A DNA stretch of 64,000 nucleotides from Eledone cirrhosa (lineage: Eukaryota), in the NCBI GenBank assembly GCA_964016885.1, contig OZ024758.1, forward strand, positions 30,256,001 through 30,320,000. The letters run 5' to 3'. The notes under the pieces are model-generated. The model worked only from the letters and a program-made list of their open reading frames with translations, searched no databases and had not been told where the DNA came from. Position 1 is the stretch's first letter, and each line of letters opens with the position of its first letter. The translations under genes and the position numbers were made by a program. Shown here one piece after another: positions 36,664 through 52,500 of this stretch.

Positions 36664-37054
36664 TAGTGTATATATATATATGTATATATCCGGGAGAGAT
36701 GACCCCTTAGCCTTTGTCAAGGCAGAATTCTAGGAGAAGGAAAACTCTGATATAACACCTGCAACCCTGATGGTATCCAATGATGTTGACTTGTTCTTCT
36801 TTTTGGTAAATATCATCTTAGTTAAGAGAGTGGGACTGGCTTTGTGCAGTGCCTTTGCTCACTATAAAAGCTTCACAGCACAGACATTGCTTTATATCTG
36901 GAGATCTCTCTGCACTTGTCCTCACATGGTACCATGGGCCCAGCACTATGTGTCAATAATTGTCACAAGTGTAGTGTTTGTACCAGAGTTTTCAAGTCGC
37001 TGGCTGGACTAAAAAGTCACACTCGTTCAGCGCATTGGTAGGAGTTCTCCTACA

Positions 37055-37254
37055 NNNNNNNNNNNNNNNNNNNNNNNNNNNNNNNNNNNNNNNNNNNNNN
37101 NNNNNNNNNNNNNNNNNNNNNNNNNNNNNNNNNNNNNNNNNNNNNNNNNNNNNNNNNNNNNNNNNNNNNNNNNNNNNNNNNNNNNNNNNNNNNNNNNNNN
37201 NNNNNNNNNNNNNNNNNNNNNNNNNNNNNNNNNNNNNNNNNNNNNNNNNNNNNN
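37055..37254. other. Assembly gap (200 N)
   Basis: Run of N. Confidence 1.
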
Positions 37255-37456
37255 TCCAGAGTTGACATTGCACTCAGTGCTCCTTTGGGAGCCCCTACAT
37301 GGACACACTAGAAGCGGAAGACCAATGTTAACGTATGTTGATGCCCTAAGGACAGACACTGGTCTGTTGGAGACGCAGGACATGGCAGCGATAATGAGGG
37401 ACAGAGACCGCTGGAGAGAACTCGTCCATGGATCTCGGGAATTTTACCCGCCTTAG
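37255..37456 (+). mobile_element. RTE-like LINE 3' fragment
   Basis: VLLWEPLHG..RSGRP.LTYVDAL..DTG...MRDR..WR, a typical RTE-type ORF end. Confidence 0.75.
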
Positions 37457-37512
37457 ATAGAGAGATAGAGATGTATATATATATATAGTCGCTTACCACC
37501 ATATATATATAC

Positions 37513-40500
37513 AGGAGAGATTGTAGGGATGCTAGGGTGGAAGAAAATTGATGTCTGTTGTGTGGAGAAGATAGTCAGCTAGATTCCTGGTAGGCAAAAA
37601 ACATTGCTGCACATTTTTGAGGGTTGGAAACGTCGAGGCAGAGTAAGTATCTTATCTGACAAATGGGTAGATAAGGTAATCTCTGAACGTGAGAATCATT
37701 AATCTCAGACTAAATAGATCAATGACCACAATTATATCTGGTTTGACAGATAGCTTTGATGAATCCCTAATGCACACTACTGCACTAATGGATGATAGTG
37801 ACTCCCTAATGCACACTACTGCACTAACAGATGATAGTGCAGTAGTGTGCATTAGGGAGTCACTATCATCTGTTAGTGCAGTAGTGTGCATTAGGAAGTC
37901 ACTATCATCTGTTAGTGCAGCAGTGTGCATTAGGGAGTCACTATCATCTGTTAGTGCAGTAGTGTGCATTAGGGAGTCACTAACGGATGATAGTGACTCC
38001 CTAATGCACACTGCTGCACTAACAGATGATAGTGACTTCCTAATGCACACTGCTGCACTAACGGATGATAGTGACTCCCTAATGCACACTACTGCACTAA
38101 CGGATGATAGTGACTTCCTAATGCACACTGCTGCACTAACGGATGATAGTGACTCCCTAATGCACACTGCTGCACTAACGGATGATAGTGACTCCCTAAT
38201 GCACACTACTGCATTAACAGATGATAGTGACTTCCTAATGCACACTGCTGCACTAACGGATGATAGTGACTCCCTAATGCACACTGCTGCACTAACGGAT
38301 GATAGTGACTCCCTAATGCACACTGCTGCACTAACAGATGATAGTGACTCCCTAATGCACACTGCTGCACTAACGGATGATAGTGACTCCCTAATGCACA
38401 CTACTGCATTAACAGATGATAGTGACTTCCTAATGCACACTGCTGCACTAACGGATGATAGTGACTCCCTAATGCACACTGCTGCACTAACGGATGATAG
38501 TGACTCCCTAATGCACACTGCTGCACTAACAGATGATAGTGACTTCCTAATGCACACTGCTGCACTAACGGATGATAGTGACTCCCTAATGCACACTACT
38601 GCACTAACAGATGATAGTGACTTCCTAATGCACACTGCTGCACTAACGGATGATAGTGACTCCCTAATGCACACTACTGCACTAACAGATGATAGTGCAG
38701 TAGTGTGCATTAGGGAGTCACTATCATCTGTTAGTGCAGTAGTGTGCATTAGGAAGTCACTATCATCTGTTAGTGCAGCAGTGTGCATTAGGGAGTCACT
38801 ATCATCTGTTAGTGCAGTAGTGTGCATTAGGGAGTCACTAACGGATGATAGTGACTCCCTAATGCACACTGCTGCACTAACAGATGATAGTGACTTCCTA
38901 ATGCACACTGCTGCACTAACGGATGATAGTGACTCCCTAATGCACACTACTGCACTAACGGATGATAGTGACTTCCTAATGCACACTGCTGCACTAACGG
39001 ATGATAGTGACTCCCTAATGCACACTGCTGCACTAACGGATGATAGTGACTCCCTAATGCACACTACTGCACTAACAGATGATAGTGACTTCCTAATGCA
39101 CACTGCTGCACTAACGGATGATAGTGACTCCCTAATGCACACTGCTGCACTAACGGATGATAGTGACTCCCTAATGCACACTGCTGCACTAACAGATGAT
39201 AGTGACTTCCTAATGCACACTGCTGCACTAACGGATGATAGTGACTCCCTAATGCACACTACTGCACTAACAGATGATAGTGACTTCCTAATGCACACTG
39301 CTGCACTAACGGATGATAGTGACTCCCTAATGCACACTACTGCACTAACAGATGATAGTGACTTCCTAATGCACACTGCTGCACTAACGGATGATAGTGA
39401 CTCCCTAATGCACACTACTGCACTAACAGATGATAGTGACTTCCTAATGCACACTGCTGCACTAACGGATGATAGTGACTCCCTAATGCACACTGCTGCA
39501 CTAACAGATGATAGTGCAGCAGTGTGCATTAGGAAGTCACTATCATCTGTTAGTGCAGCAGTGTGCATTAGGAAGTCACTATCATCTGTTAGTGCAGTAG
39601 TGTGCATTAGGAAGTCACTATCATCTGTTAGTGCAGTAGTGTGCATTAGGAAGTCACTATCATCTGTTAGTGCAGCAGTGTGCATTAGGAAGTCACTATC
39701 ATCCGTTAGTGCAGCAGTGTGCATTAGGAAGTCACTATCATCTGTTAGTGACTTCCTAATGCACACTGCTGCACTAACAGATGATAGTGACTCCCTAATG
39801 CACACTGCTGCACTAACAGATGATAGTGACTCCCTAATGCACACTGCTGCACTAACAGATGATAGTGACTCCCTAATGCACACTGCTGCACTAACAGATG
39901 ATAGTGACTTCCTAATGCACACTACTGCACTAACAGATGATAGTGCAGCAGTGTGCATTAGGGAGTCACTAACAGATGATAGTGACTCCCTAATGCACAC
40001 TGCTGCACTAACGGATGATAGTGACTCCCTAATGCACACTACTGCACTAACGGATGATAGTGACTCCCTAATGCACACTACTGCACTAACGGATGATAGT
40101 GACTCCCTAATGCACACTACTGCACTAACGGATGATAGTGACTCCCTAATGCACACTACTGCACTAACGGATGATAGTGACTCCCTAATGCACACTACTG
40201 CACTAACGGATGATAGTGACTCCCTAATGCACACTACTGCACTAACAGATGATAGTGACTCCCTAATGCACACTACTGCACTAACAGATGATAGTGACTT
40301 CCTAATGCACACTACTGCACTAACAGATGATAGTGACTCCCTAATGCACACTACTGCACTAACGGATGATAGTGACTTCCTAATGCACACTACTGCACTA
40401 ACAGATGATAGTGACTTCCTAATGCACACTACTGCACTAACAAATGATAGTGACTCCCTAATGCACACTACTGCACTAACAGATGATAGTGACTCCCTAA

Positions 40501-43500
40501 TGCACACTACTGCACTAACGGATGATAGTGACTTCCTAATGCACACTACTGCACTAACAGATGATAGTGACTCCCTAATGCACACTGCTGCACTAACAGA
40601 TGATAGTGACTTCCTAATGCACACTGCTGCACTAACAGATGATAGTGACTCCCTAATGCACACTGCTGCACTAACGGATGATAGTGACTCCCTAATGCAC
40701 ACTGCTGCACTAACAGATGATAGTGACTCCCTAATGCACACTGCTGCACTAACAGATGATAGTGACTTCCTAATGCACACTGCTGCACTAACAGATGATA
40801 GTGACTTCCTAATGCACACTACTGCACTAACAAATGATAGTGACTCCCTAATGCACACTACTGCACTAACAGATGATAGTGACTCCCTAATGCACACTAC
40901 TGCACTAACGGATGATAGTGACTCCCTAATGCACACTACTGCACTAACAGATGATAGTGACTCCCTAATGCACACTGCTGCACTAACAGATGATAGTGAC
41001 TTCCTAATGCACACTGCTGCACTAACAGATGATAGTGACTCCCTAATGCACACTGCTGCACTAACGGATGATAGTGACTCCCTAATGCACACTACTGCAC
41101 TAACAGATGATAGTGACTCCCTAATGCACACTGCTGCACTAACAGATGATAGTGACTTCCTAATGCACACTACTGCACTAACAGATGATAGTGACTCCCT
41201 AATGCACACTACTGCACTAACAGATGATAGTGACTCCCTAATGCACACTGCTGCACTAACAGATGATAGTGACTTCCTAATGCACACTGCTGCACTAACA
41301 GATGATAGTGACTCCCTAATGCACACTACTGCACTAACAGATGATAGTGACTTCCTAATGCACACTACTGCACTAACAGATGATAGTGACTCCCTAATGC
41401 ACACTGCTGCACTAACAGATGATAGTGACTTCCTAATGCACACTGCTGCACTAACAGATGATAGTGACTCCCTAATGCACACTACTGCACTAACAGATGA
41501 TAGTGACTTCCTAATGCACACTACTGCACTAACAGATGATAGTGACTCCCTAATGCACACTGCTGCACTAACAGATGATAGTGACTCCCTAATGCACACT
41601 GCTGCACTAACAGATGATAGTGACTTCCTAATGCACACTACTGCACTAACAGATGATAGTGACTCCCTAATGCACACTGCTGCACTAACAGATGATAGTG
41701 ACTTCCTAATGCACACTACTGCACTAACAGATGATAGTGACTCACTAATGCACACTACTGCACTAACAGATGATAGTGACTCCCTAATGCACACTGCTGC
41801 ACTAACAGATGATAGTGACTTCCTAATGCACACTGCTGCACTAACAGATGATAGTGACTCCCTAATGCACACTGCTGCACTAACAGATGATAGTGACTTC
41901 CTAATGCACACTACTGCACTAACAGATGATAGTGACTCCCTAATGCACACTGCTGCACTAACAGATGATAGTGACTTCCTAATGCACATTACTGCACTAA
42001 CAGATGATAGTGACTCCCTAATGCACACTACTGCACTAACAGATGATAGTGACTCCCTAATGCACACTGCTGCACTAACAGATGATAGTGACTTCCTAAT
42101 GCACACTACTGCACTAACAGATGATAGTGACTCCCTAATGCACACTGCTGCACTAACAGATGATAGTGACTTCCTAATGCACACTACTGCACTAACAGAT
42201 GATAGTGACTCCCTAATGCACACTACTGCACTAACAGATGATAGTGACTCCCTAATGCACACTGCTGCACTAACAGATGATAGTGACTTCCTAATGCACA
42301 CTGCTGCACTAACAGATGATAGTGACTCCCTAATGCACACTACTGCACTAACAGATGATAGTGACTTCCTAATGCACACTACTGCACTAACAGATGATAG
42401 TGACTCCCTAATGCACACTGCTGCACTAACAGATGATAGTGACTTCCTAATGCACACTGCTGCACTAACAGATGATAGTGACTCCCTAATGCACACTACT
42501 GCACTAACAGATGATAGTGACTTCCTAATGCACACTACTGCACTAACAGATGATAGTGACTCCCTAATGCACACTGCTGCACTAACAGATGATAGTGACT
42601 CCCTAATGCACACTGCTGCACTAACGGATGATAGTGACTCCCTAATGCACACTACTGCACTAACAGATGATAGTGACTCCCTAATGCACACTACTGCACT
42701 AACAGATGATAGTGACTCCCTAATGCACACTGCTGCACTAACAGATGATAGTGACTTCCTAATGCACACTGCTGCACTAACAGATGATAGTGACTCCCTA
42801 ATGCACACTGCTGCACTAACGGATGATAGTGACTCCCTAATGCACACTACTGCACTAACAGATGATAGTGACTCCCTAATGCACACTGCTGCACTAACGG
42901 ATGATAGTGACTCCCTAATGTACACTGCTGCACTAACAGATGATAGTGACTTCCTAATGCACACTACTGCACTAACAGATGATAGTGACTCCCTAATGCA
43001 CACTGCTGCACTAACAGATGATAGTGACTTCCTAATGCACACTGCTGCACTAACGGATGATAGTGACTTCCTAATGCACACTACTGCACTAACAGATGAT
43101 AGTGACTTCCTAATGCACACTGCTGCACTAACGGATGATAGTGACTTCCTAATGCACACTACTGCACTAACAGATGATAGTGACTTCCTAATGCACACTG
43201 CTGCACTAACAGATGATAGTGACTCCCTAATGCACACTGCTGCACTAACAGATGATAGTGACTTCCTAATGCACACTACTGCACTAACAGATGATAGTGA
43301 CTCCCTAATGCACACTGCTGCACTAACAGATGATAGTGACTTCCTAATGCACACTACTGCACTAACAGATGATAGTGACTCCCTAATGCACACTACTGCA
43401 CTAACAGATGATAGTGACTCCCTAATGCACACTGCTGCACTAACAGATGATAGTGACTTCCTAATGCACACTACTGCACTAACAGATGATAGTGACTCCC

Positions 43501-46500
43501 TAATGCACACTGCTGCACTAACAGATGATAGTGACTTCCTAATGCACACTACTGCACTAACAGATGATAGTGACTCCCTAATGCACACTACTGCACTAAC
43601 AGATGATAGTGACTCCCTAATGCACACTGCTGCACTAACAGATGATAGTAACTTCCTAATGCACACTGCTGCACTAACAGATGATAGTGACTCCCTAATG
43701 CACACTACTGCACTAACAGATGATAGTGACTTCCTAATGCACACTACTGCACTAACAGATGATAGTGACTCCCTAATGCACACTGCTGCACTAACAGATG
43801 ATAGTGACTTCCTAATGCACACTGCTGCACTAGCAGATGATAGTGACTCCCTAATGCACACTACTGCACTAACAGATGATAGTGACTTCGTAATGCACAC
43901 TACTGCACTAACAGATGATAGTGACTCCCTAATGCACACTGCTGCACTAACAGATGATAGTGACTCCCTAATGCACACTGCTGCACTAACGGATGATAGT
44001 GACTCCCTAATGCACACTACTGCACTAACAGATGATAGTGACTCCCTAATGCACACTACTGCACTAACAGATGATAGTGACTCCCTAATGCACACTGCTG
44101 CACTAACAGATGATAGTGACTTCCTATTGCACACTGCTGCACTAACAGATGATAGTGACTCCCTAATGCACACTGCTGCACTAACGGATGATAGTGACTC
44201 CCTAATGCACACTACTGCACTAACAGATGATAGTGACTCCCTAATGCACACTGCTGCACTAACGGATGATAGTGACTCCCTAATGTACACTGCTGCACTA
44301 ACGGATGATAGTGACTCCCTAATGCACACTACTGCACTAACAGATGATAGTGACTCCCTAATGCACACTGCTGCACTAACGGATGATAGTGACTCCCTAA
44401 TGCACACTACTGCACTAACAGATGATAGTGACTCCCTAATGCACACTGCTGCACTAACGGATGATAGTGACTCCCTAATGCACACTACTGCACTAACAGA
44501 TGATAGTGACTTCCTAATGCACACTACTGCACTAACAGATGATAGTGACTTCCTAATGCACACTACTGCACTAACAGATGATAGTGACTTCCTAATGCAC
44601 ACTGCTGCACTAACGGATGATAGTGACTTCCTAATGCACACTACTGCACTAACAGATGATAGTGACTTCCTAATGCACACTACTGCACTAACAGATGATA
44701 GTGACTCCCTAATGCACACTACTGCACTAACAGATGATAGTGACTTCCTAATGCACACTACTGCACTAACAGATGATAGTGACTCCCTAATGCACACTGC
44801 TGCACTAATGGATGATAGTGACTCCCTAATGCACACTGCTGCACTAATGGATGATAGTGACTCCCTAATGCACACTGCTGCACTAATGGATGATAGTGAC
44901 TCCCTAATGCACACTGCTGCACTAATGGATGATAGTGACTCCCTAATGCACACTGCTGCACTAATGGATGATAGTGACTTCCTAATGCACACTAATGCAC
45001 TAACAGATGATAGTGACTTCCTAATGCACACTGCTGCACTAACAGATGATAGTGACTTCCTAATGCACACTACTGCACTAACAGATAGTGACTCCCTAAT
45101 GCACACTACTGCACTAACAGATGATAGTGACTTCCTAATGCACACTGCTGCACTAATGGATGATAGTGACTTCCTAATGCACACTACTGCACTAACCGAT
45201 GATAGTGACTTCCTAATGCACACTGCTGCACTAACAGATGATAGTGACTTCCTAATGCACACTACTGCACTAACAGATGATAGTGACTCCCTAATGCACA
45301 CCACTGCACTAACAGATGATAGTGACTTCCTAATGCACACTGCTGCACTAATGGATGATAGTGACTCCCTAATGCACACTGCTGCACTAATGGATGATAG
45401 TGACTTCCTAATGCACACTACTGCACTAACAGATGATAGTGACTCCCTAATGCACACTGCTGCACTAATGGATGATAGTGACTCCCTAATGCACACTGCT
45501 GCACTAATGGATGATAGTGACTTCCTAATGCACACTACTGCACTAACGGATGATAGTGACTCCCTAATGAACACTGCTGCACTAACAGATGATAGTGCAG
45601 TAGTGTGCATTAGGAAGTCACTATCATCTGTTAGTGCAGCAGTGTGCATTAGGGAGTCACTATCATCCGTTAGTGCAGTAGTGTGCATTAGGGAGTCACT
45701 ATCTGTTAGTGCAGTAGTGTGCATTAGGAAGTCACTATCATCTGTTAGTGCAGCAGTGTGCATTAGGAAGTCACTATCATCTGTTAGTGCAGTAGTGTGC
45801 ATTAGGAAGTCACTATCATCCATTAGTGCAGCAGTGTGCATTTGGGAGTCACTATCATCCATTAGTGCAGCAGTGTGCATTAGGAAGTCACTATCATCTG
45901 TTAGTGCAGTAGTGTGCATTAGGGAGTCACTATCATCTGTTAGTGCAGTAGTGTGCATTAGGAAGTCACTATCATCTGTTAGTGCAGTAGTGTGCATTAG
46001 GAAGTCACTAACAGATGATAGTGACTCCCTAATGCACACTGCTGCACTAACAGATGATAGTGACTTCCTAATGCACACTACTGCACTAACAGATGATAGT
46101 GACTTCCTAATACACACTGCTGCACTAACAGATGATAGTGACTTCCTAATGCACACTACTGCACTAACATGATAGTGACTTCCTAATGCACACTGCTGCA
46201 CTAACAGATGATAGTGACTTCCTAATGCACACTACTGCACTAACCGATGATAGTGACTTCCTAATGCACACTGCTGCACTAACAGATGATAGTGACTTCC
46301 TAATGCACACTACTGCACTAACAGATAGTGACTCCCTAATGCACACTACTGCACTAACGGATGATAGTGACTCCCTAATGCACACTGCTGCACTAACAGA
46401 TGATAGTGACTCCCTAATGCACACTACTGCACTAACGGATGATAGTGACTTCCTAATGCACACTGCTGCACTAACGGATGATAGTGACTTCCTAATGCAC

Positions 46501-49500
46501 ACTACTGCACTAACAGATGATAGTGACTTCCTAATGCACACTACTGCACTAACAGATGATAGTGACTTCCTAATGCACACTACTGCACTAACAGATGATA
46601 GTGACTTCCTAATGCACACTACTGCACTAACAGATGATAGTGACTTCCTAATGCACACTACTGCACTAACAGATGATAGTGACTTCCTAATGCACACTAC
46701 TGCACTAACAGATGATAGTGACTTCCTAATGCACACTACTGCACTAACAGATGATAGTGACTTCCTAATGCACACTACTACACTAACAGATGATAGTGAC
46801 TCCCAAATGCACACTGCTGCACAAACAGATGATAGTGACTTCCTAATGCACACTGCTGCACTAACAGATGATAGTGACTTCCTAATGCACACTACTGCAC
46901 TAACAGATGATAGTGCAGCAGTGTGCATTAGGAAGTCACTATCATCTGTTAGTGCAGTAGTGTGCATTAGGAAGTCACTATCATCTGTTAGTGCAGCAGT
47001 GTGCATTAGGAAGTCACTAACAGATGATAGTGACTTCCTAATGCACACTACTGCACTAACAGATGATAGTGACTTCCTAATGCACACTGCTGCACTAACA
47101 GATGATAGTGACTTCCTAATGCACACTACTGCACTAACAGATGATAGTGACTTCCTAATGCACACTACTGCACTAACAGATGATAGTGACTTCCTAATGC
47201 ACACTGCTGCACTAACGGATGATAGTGACTTCCTAATGCACACTACTGCACTAACAGATGATAGTGACTTCCTAATGCACACTACTGCACTAACAGATGA
47301 TAGTGACTTCCTAATGCACACTACTGCACTAACAGATGATAGTGACTTCCTAATGCACACTACTGCACTAACAGATGATAGTGACTCCCTAATGCACACT
47401 GCTGCACTAACAGATGATAGTGACTTCCTAATGCACACTGCTGCACTAACGGATGATAGTGACTTCCTAATGCACACTACTGCACTAACAGATGATAGTG
47501 ACTCCCTAATGCACACTACTGCACTAACGGATGATAGTGACTCCCTAATGCACACTGCTGCACTAACAGATGATAGTGACTTCCTAATGCACACTACTGC
47601 ACTAACAGATGATAGTGACTTCCTAATGCACACTACTGCACTAACAGATGATAGTGACTTCCTAATGCACACTGCTGCACTAACGGATGATAGTGACTTC
47701 CTAATGCACACTACTGCACTAACAGATGATAGTGACTTCCTAATGCACACTACTGCACTAACAGATGATAGTGACTTCCTAATGCACACTACTGCACTAA
47801 CAGATGATAGTGACTTCCTAATGCACACTACTGCACTAACAGATGATAGTGACTCCCTAATGCACACTGCTGCACTAACAGATGATAGTGACTTCCTAAT
47901 GCACACTACTGCACTAACAGATGATAGTGACTTCCTAGTGCACACTACTGCACTAACAGATGATAGTGACTTCCTAATGCACACTGCTGCACTAACGGAT
48001 GATAGTGACTTCCTAATGCACACTACTGCACTAACAGATGATAGTGACTTCCTAATGCACACTACTGCACTAACAGATGATAGTGACTTCCTAATGCACA
48101 CTACTGCACTAACTGATGATAGTGACTTCCTAATGCACACTGCTGCACTAACGGATGATAGTGACTTCCTAATGCACACTACTGCACTAACAGATGATAG
48201 TGACTCCCTAATGCACACTACTGCACTAACGGATGATAGTGACTCCCTAATGCACACTGCTGCACTAACAGATGATAGAGACTTCCTAATGCACACTACT
48301 GCACTAACAGATGATAGTGACTTCCTAATACACACTACTGCACTAACAGATGATAGTGACTTCCTAATGCACACTGCTGCACTAACGGATGATAGTGACT
48401 TCCTAATGCACACTACTGCACTAACAGATGATAGTGACTTCCTAATGCACACTACTGCACTAACAGATGATAGTGACTTCCTAATGCACACTACTGCACT
48501 AACAGATGATAGTGACTTCCTAATGCACACTACTGCACTAACAGATGATAGTGACTCCCTAATGCACACTGCTGCACTAACAGATGATAGTGACTTCCTA
48601 ATGCACACTACTGCACTAACAGATGATAGTGACTTCCTAATGCACACTGCTGCACTAACGGATGATAGTGACTCCCTAATGCACACTACTGCACTAACAG
48701 ATGATAGTGACTCCCCAATGCACACTGCTGCACTAAAAGATGATAGTGACTTCCTAATGCACACTACTGCACTAACAGATGATAGTGACTTCCTAATGCA
48801 CACTGCTGCACTAACGGATGATAGTGACTTCCTAATGCACACTACTGCACTAACAGATGATAGTGACTTCCTAATGCACACTACTGCACTAACAGATGAT
48901 AGTGACTTCCTAATGCACACTACTGCACTAACAGATGATAGTGACTTCCTAATGCACACTACTGCACTAACAGATGATAGTGACTCCCTAATGCACACTG
49001 CTGCACTAACAGATGATAGTGACTTCCTAATGCACACTGCTGCACTAACGGATGATAGTGACTTCCTAATGCAGACTACTGCACTAACAGATGATAGTGA
49101 CTCCCTAATGCACACTACTGCACTAACGGATGATAGTGACTCCCTAATGCACACTGCTGCACTAACAGATGATAGTGACTTCCTAATGCACACTACTGCA
49201 CTAACAGATGATAGTGACTTCCTAATGCACACTGCTGCACTAACAGATGATAGTGACTTCCTAATGCACACTACTGCACTAACAGATGATAGTGACTCCC
49301 TAATGCACACTGCTGCACTAACAGATGATAGTGACTTCCTAATGCACACTGCTGCACTAACGGATGATAGTGACTTCCTAATGCACACTACTGCACTAAC
49401 AGATGATAGTGACTCCCTAATGCACACTACTGCACTAACGGATGATAGTGACTCCCTAATGCACACTGCTGCACTAACAGATGATAGTGACTTCCTAATG

Positions 49501-52500
49501 CACACTACTGCACTAACAGATGATAGTGACTTCCTAATGCACACTGCTGCACTAACAGATGATAGTGACTTCCTAATGCACACTGCTGCACTAACAGATG
49601 ATAGTGACTTCCTAATGCACACTACTGCACTAACAGATGATAGTGACTTCCTAATGCACACTGCTGCACTAACGGATGATAGTGACTTCCTAATGCACAC
49701 TACTGCACTAACAGATGATAGTGACTTCCTAATGCACACTACTGCACTAACAGATGATAGTGACTCCCTAATGCACACTGCTGCACTAACAGATGATAGT
49801 GACTTCCTAATGCACACTGCTGCACTAACGGATGATAGTGACTCCCTAATGCACACTACTGCACTAACAGATGATAGTGACTTCCTAATGCACACTACTG
49901 CACTAACGGATGATAGTGACTTCCTAATGCACACTACTGCACTAACGGATGATAGTGACTTCCTAATGCACACTGCTGCACTAACGGATGATAGTGACTC
50001 CCTAATGCACACTACTGCACTAACAGATGATAGTGACTTCCTAATGCACACTACTGCACTAACAGATGATAGTGACTCCCTAATGCACACTGCTGCACTA
50101 ACAGATGATAGTGACTTCCTAATGCACACTGCTGCACTAACGGATGATAGTGACTCCCTAATGCACACTACTGCACTAACAGATGATAGTGACTCCCTAA
50201 TGCACACTACTGCACTAACAGATGATAGTGACTTCCTAATGCACACTGCTGCACTAACGGATGATAGTGACTCCCTAATGCACACTACTGCACTAACAGA
50301 TGATAGTGACTTCCTAATGCACACTACTGCACTAACGGATGATAGTGACTCCCTAATGCACACTACTGCATTAACGGATGATAGTGACTCCCTAATGCAC
50401 ACTACTGCACTAACAGATGATAGTGACTCCCTAATGCACACTGCTGCACTAACAGATGATAGAGACTTCCTAATGCACACTACTGCACTAACAGATGATA
50501 GTGACTTCCTAATACACACTACTGCACTAACAGATGATAGAGACTTCCTAATGCACACTACTGCACTAACAGATGATAGTGACTTCCTAATGCACACTGC
50601 TGCACTAACAGATGATAGAGACTTCCTAATGCACACTACTGCACTAACAGATGATAGTGACTTCCTAATACACACTACTGCACTAACAGATGATAGTGAC
50701 TTCCTAATGCACACTGCTGCACTAACGGATGATAGTGACTTCCTAATGCACACTACTGCACTAACAGATGATAGTGACTTCCTAATGCACACTACTGCAC
50801 TAACAGATGATAGTGACTTCCTAATGCACACTACTGCACTAACAGATGATAGTGACTTCCTAATGCACACTACTGCACTAACAGATGATAGTGACTCCCT
50901 AATGCACACTGCTGCACTAACAGATGATAGTGACTTCCTAATGCACACTACTGCACTAACAGATGATAGTGACTTCCTAATGCACACTACTGCACTAACA
51001 GATGATAGTGACTTCCTAATGCACACTGCTGCACTAACGGATGATAGTGACTTCCTAATGCACACTACTGCACTAACAGATGATAGTGACTTCCTAATGC
51101 ACACTACTGCACTAACAGATGATAGTGACTCCCTAATGCACACTACTGCACTAACGGATGATAGTGACTTCCTAATGCACACTACTGCACTAACAGATGA
51201 TAGTGACTCCCTAATGCACACTGCTGCACTAACAGATGATAGTGACTTCCTAATGCACACTGCTGCACTAACGGATGATAGTGACTTCCTAATGCACACT
51301 ACTGCACTAACAGATGATAGTGACTTCCTAATGCACACTACTGCACTAACAGATGATAGTGACTCCCTAATGCACACTACTGCACTAACGGATGATAGTG
51401 ACTTCCTAATGCACACTACTGCACTAACAGATGATAGTGACTCCCTAATGCACACTGCTGCACTAACGGATGATAGTGACTTCCTAATGCACACTACTGC
51501 ACTAACAGATGATAGTGACTTCCTAATGCACACTACTGCACTAACAGATGATAGTGTCTCCCTAATGCACACTGCTGCACTAACGGATGATAGTGACTTC
51601 CTAGTGCACACTACTGCACTAACAGATGATAGTGACTCCCTAATGCACACTGCTGCACTAACAGATGATAGTGACTCCCTAATGCACACTGCTGCACTAA
51701 CGGATGATAGTGACTTCCTAATGCACACTACTGCACTAACAGATGATAGTGACTTCCTAATGCACACTACTGCACTAACAGATGATAGTGACTTCCTAAT
51801 GCACACTACTGCACTAACGGATGATAGTGACTCCCTAATGCACACTACTGCACTAACAGATGATAGTGACTCCCTAATGCACACTGCTGCACTAACAGAT
51901 GATAGTGACTTCCTAATGCACACTGCTGCACTAACGGATGATAGTGACTTCCTAATGCACACTACTGCACTAACGGATGATAGTGACTTCCTAATGCACA
52001 CTACTGCACTAACAGATGATAGTGACTCCCTAATGCACACTACTGCACTAACAGATGATAGTGACTTCCTAATGCACACTACTGCACTAACGGATGATAG
52101 TGACTTCCTAATGCACACTACTGCACTAACGGATGATAGTGACTCCCTAATGCACACTACTGCACTAACAGATGATAGTGACTCCCTAATGCACACTGCT
52201 GCACTAACAGATGATAGTGACTTCCTAATGCACACTGCTGCACTAACGGATGATAGTGACTTCCTAATGCACACTACTGCACTAACAGATGATAGTGACT
52301 TCCTAATGCACACTACTGCACTAACAGATGATAGTGACTCCCTAATGCACACTGCTGCACTAACAGATGATAGTGACTTCCTAATGCACACTGCTGCACT
52401 AACGGATGATAGTTACTCCCTAATGCACACTACTGCACTAACAGATGATAGTGACTTCCTAATGCACACTACTGCACTAACGGATGATAGTGACTTCCTA

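Noticed and set aside
37055-37254. ORFs spanning the N run
   Set aside because: Gap artefacts.
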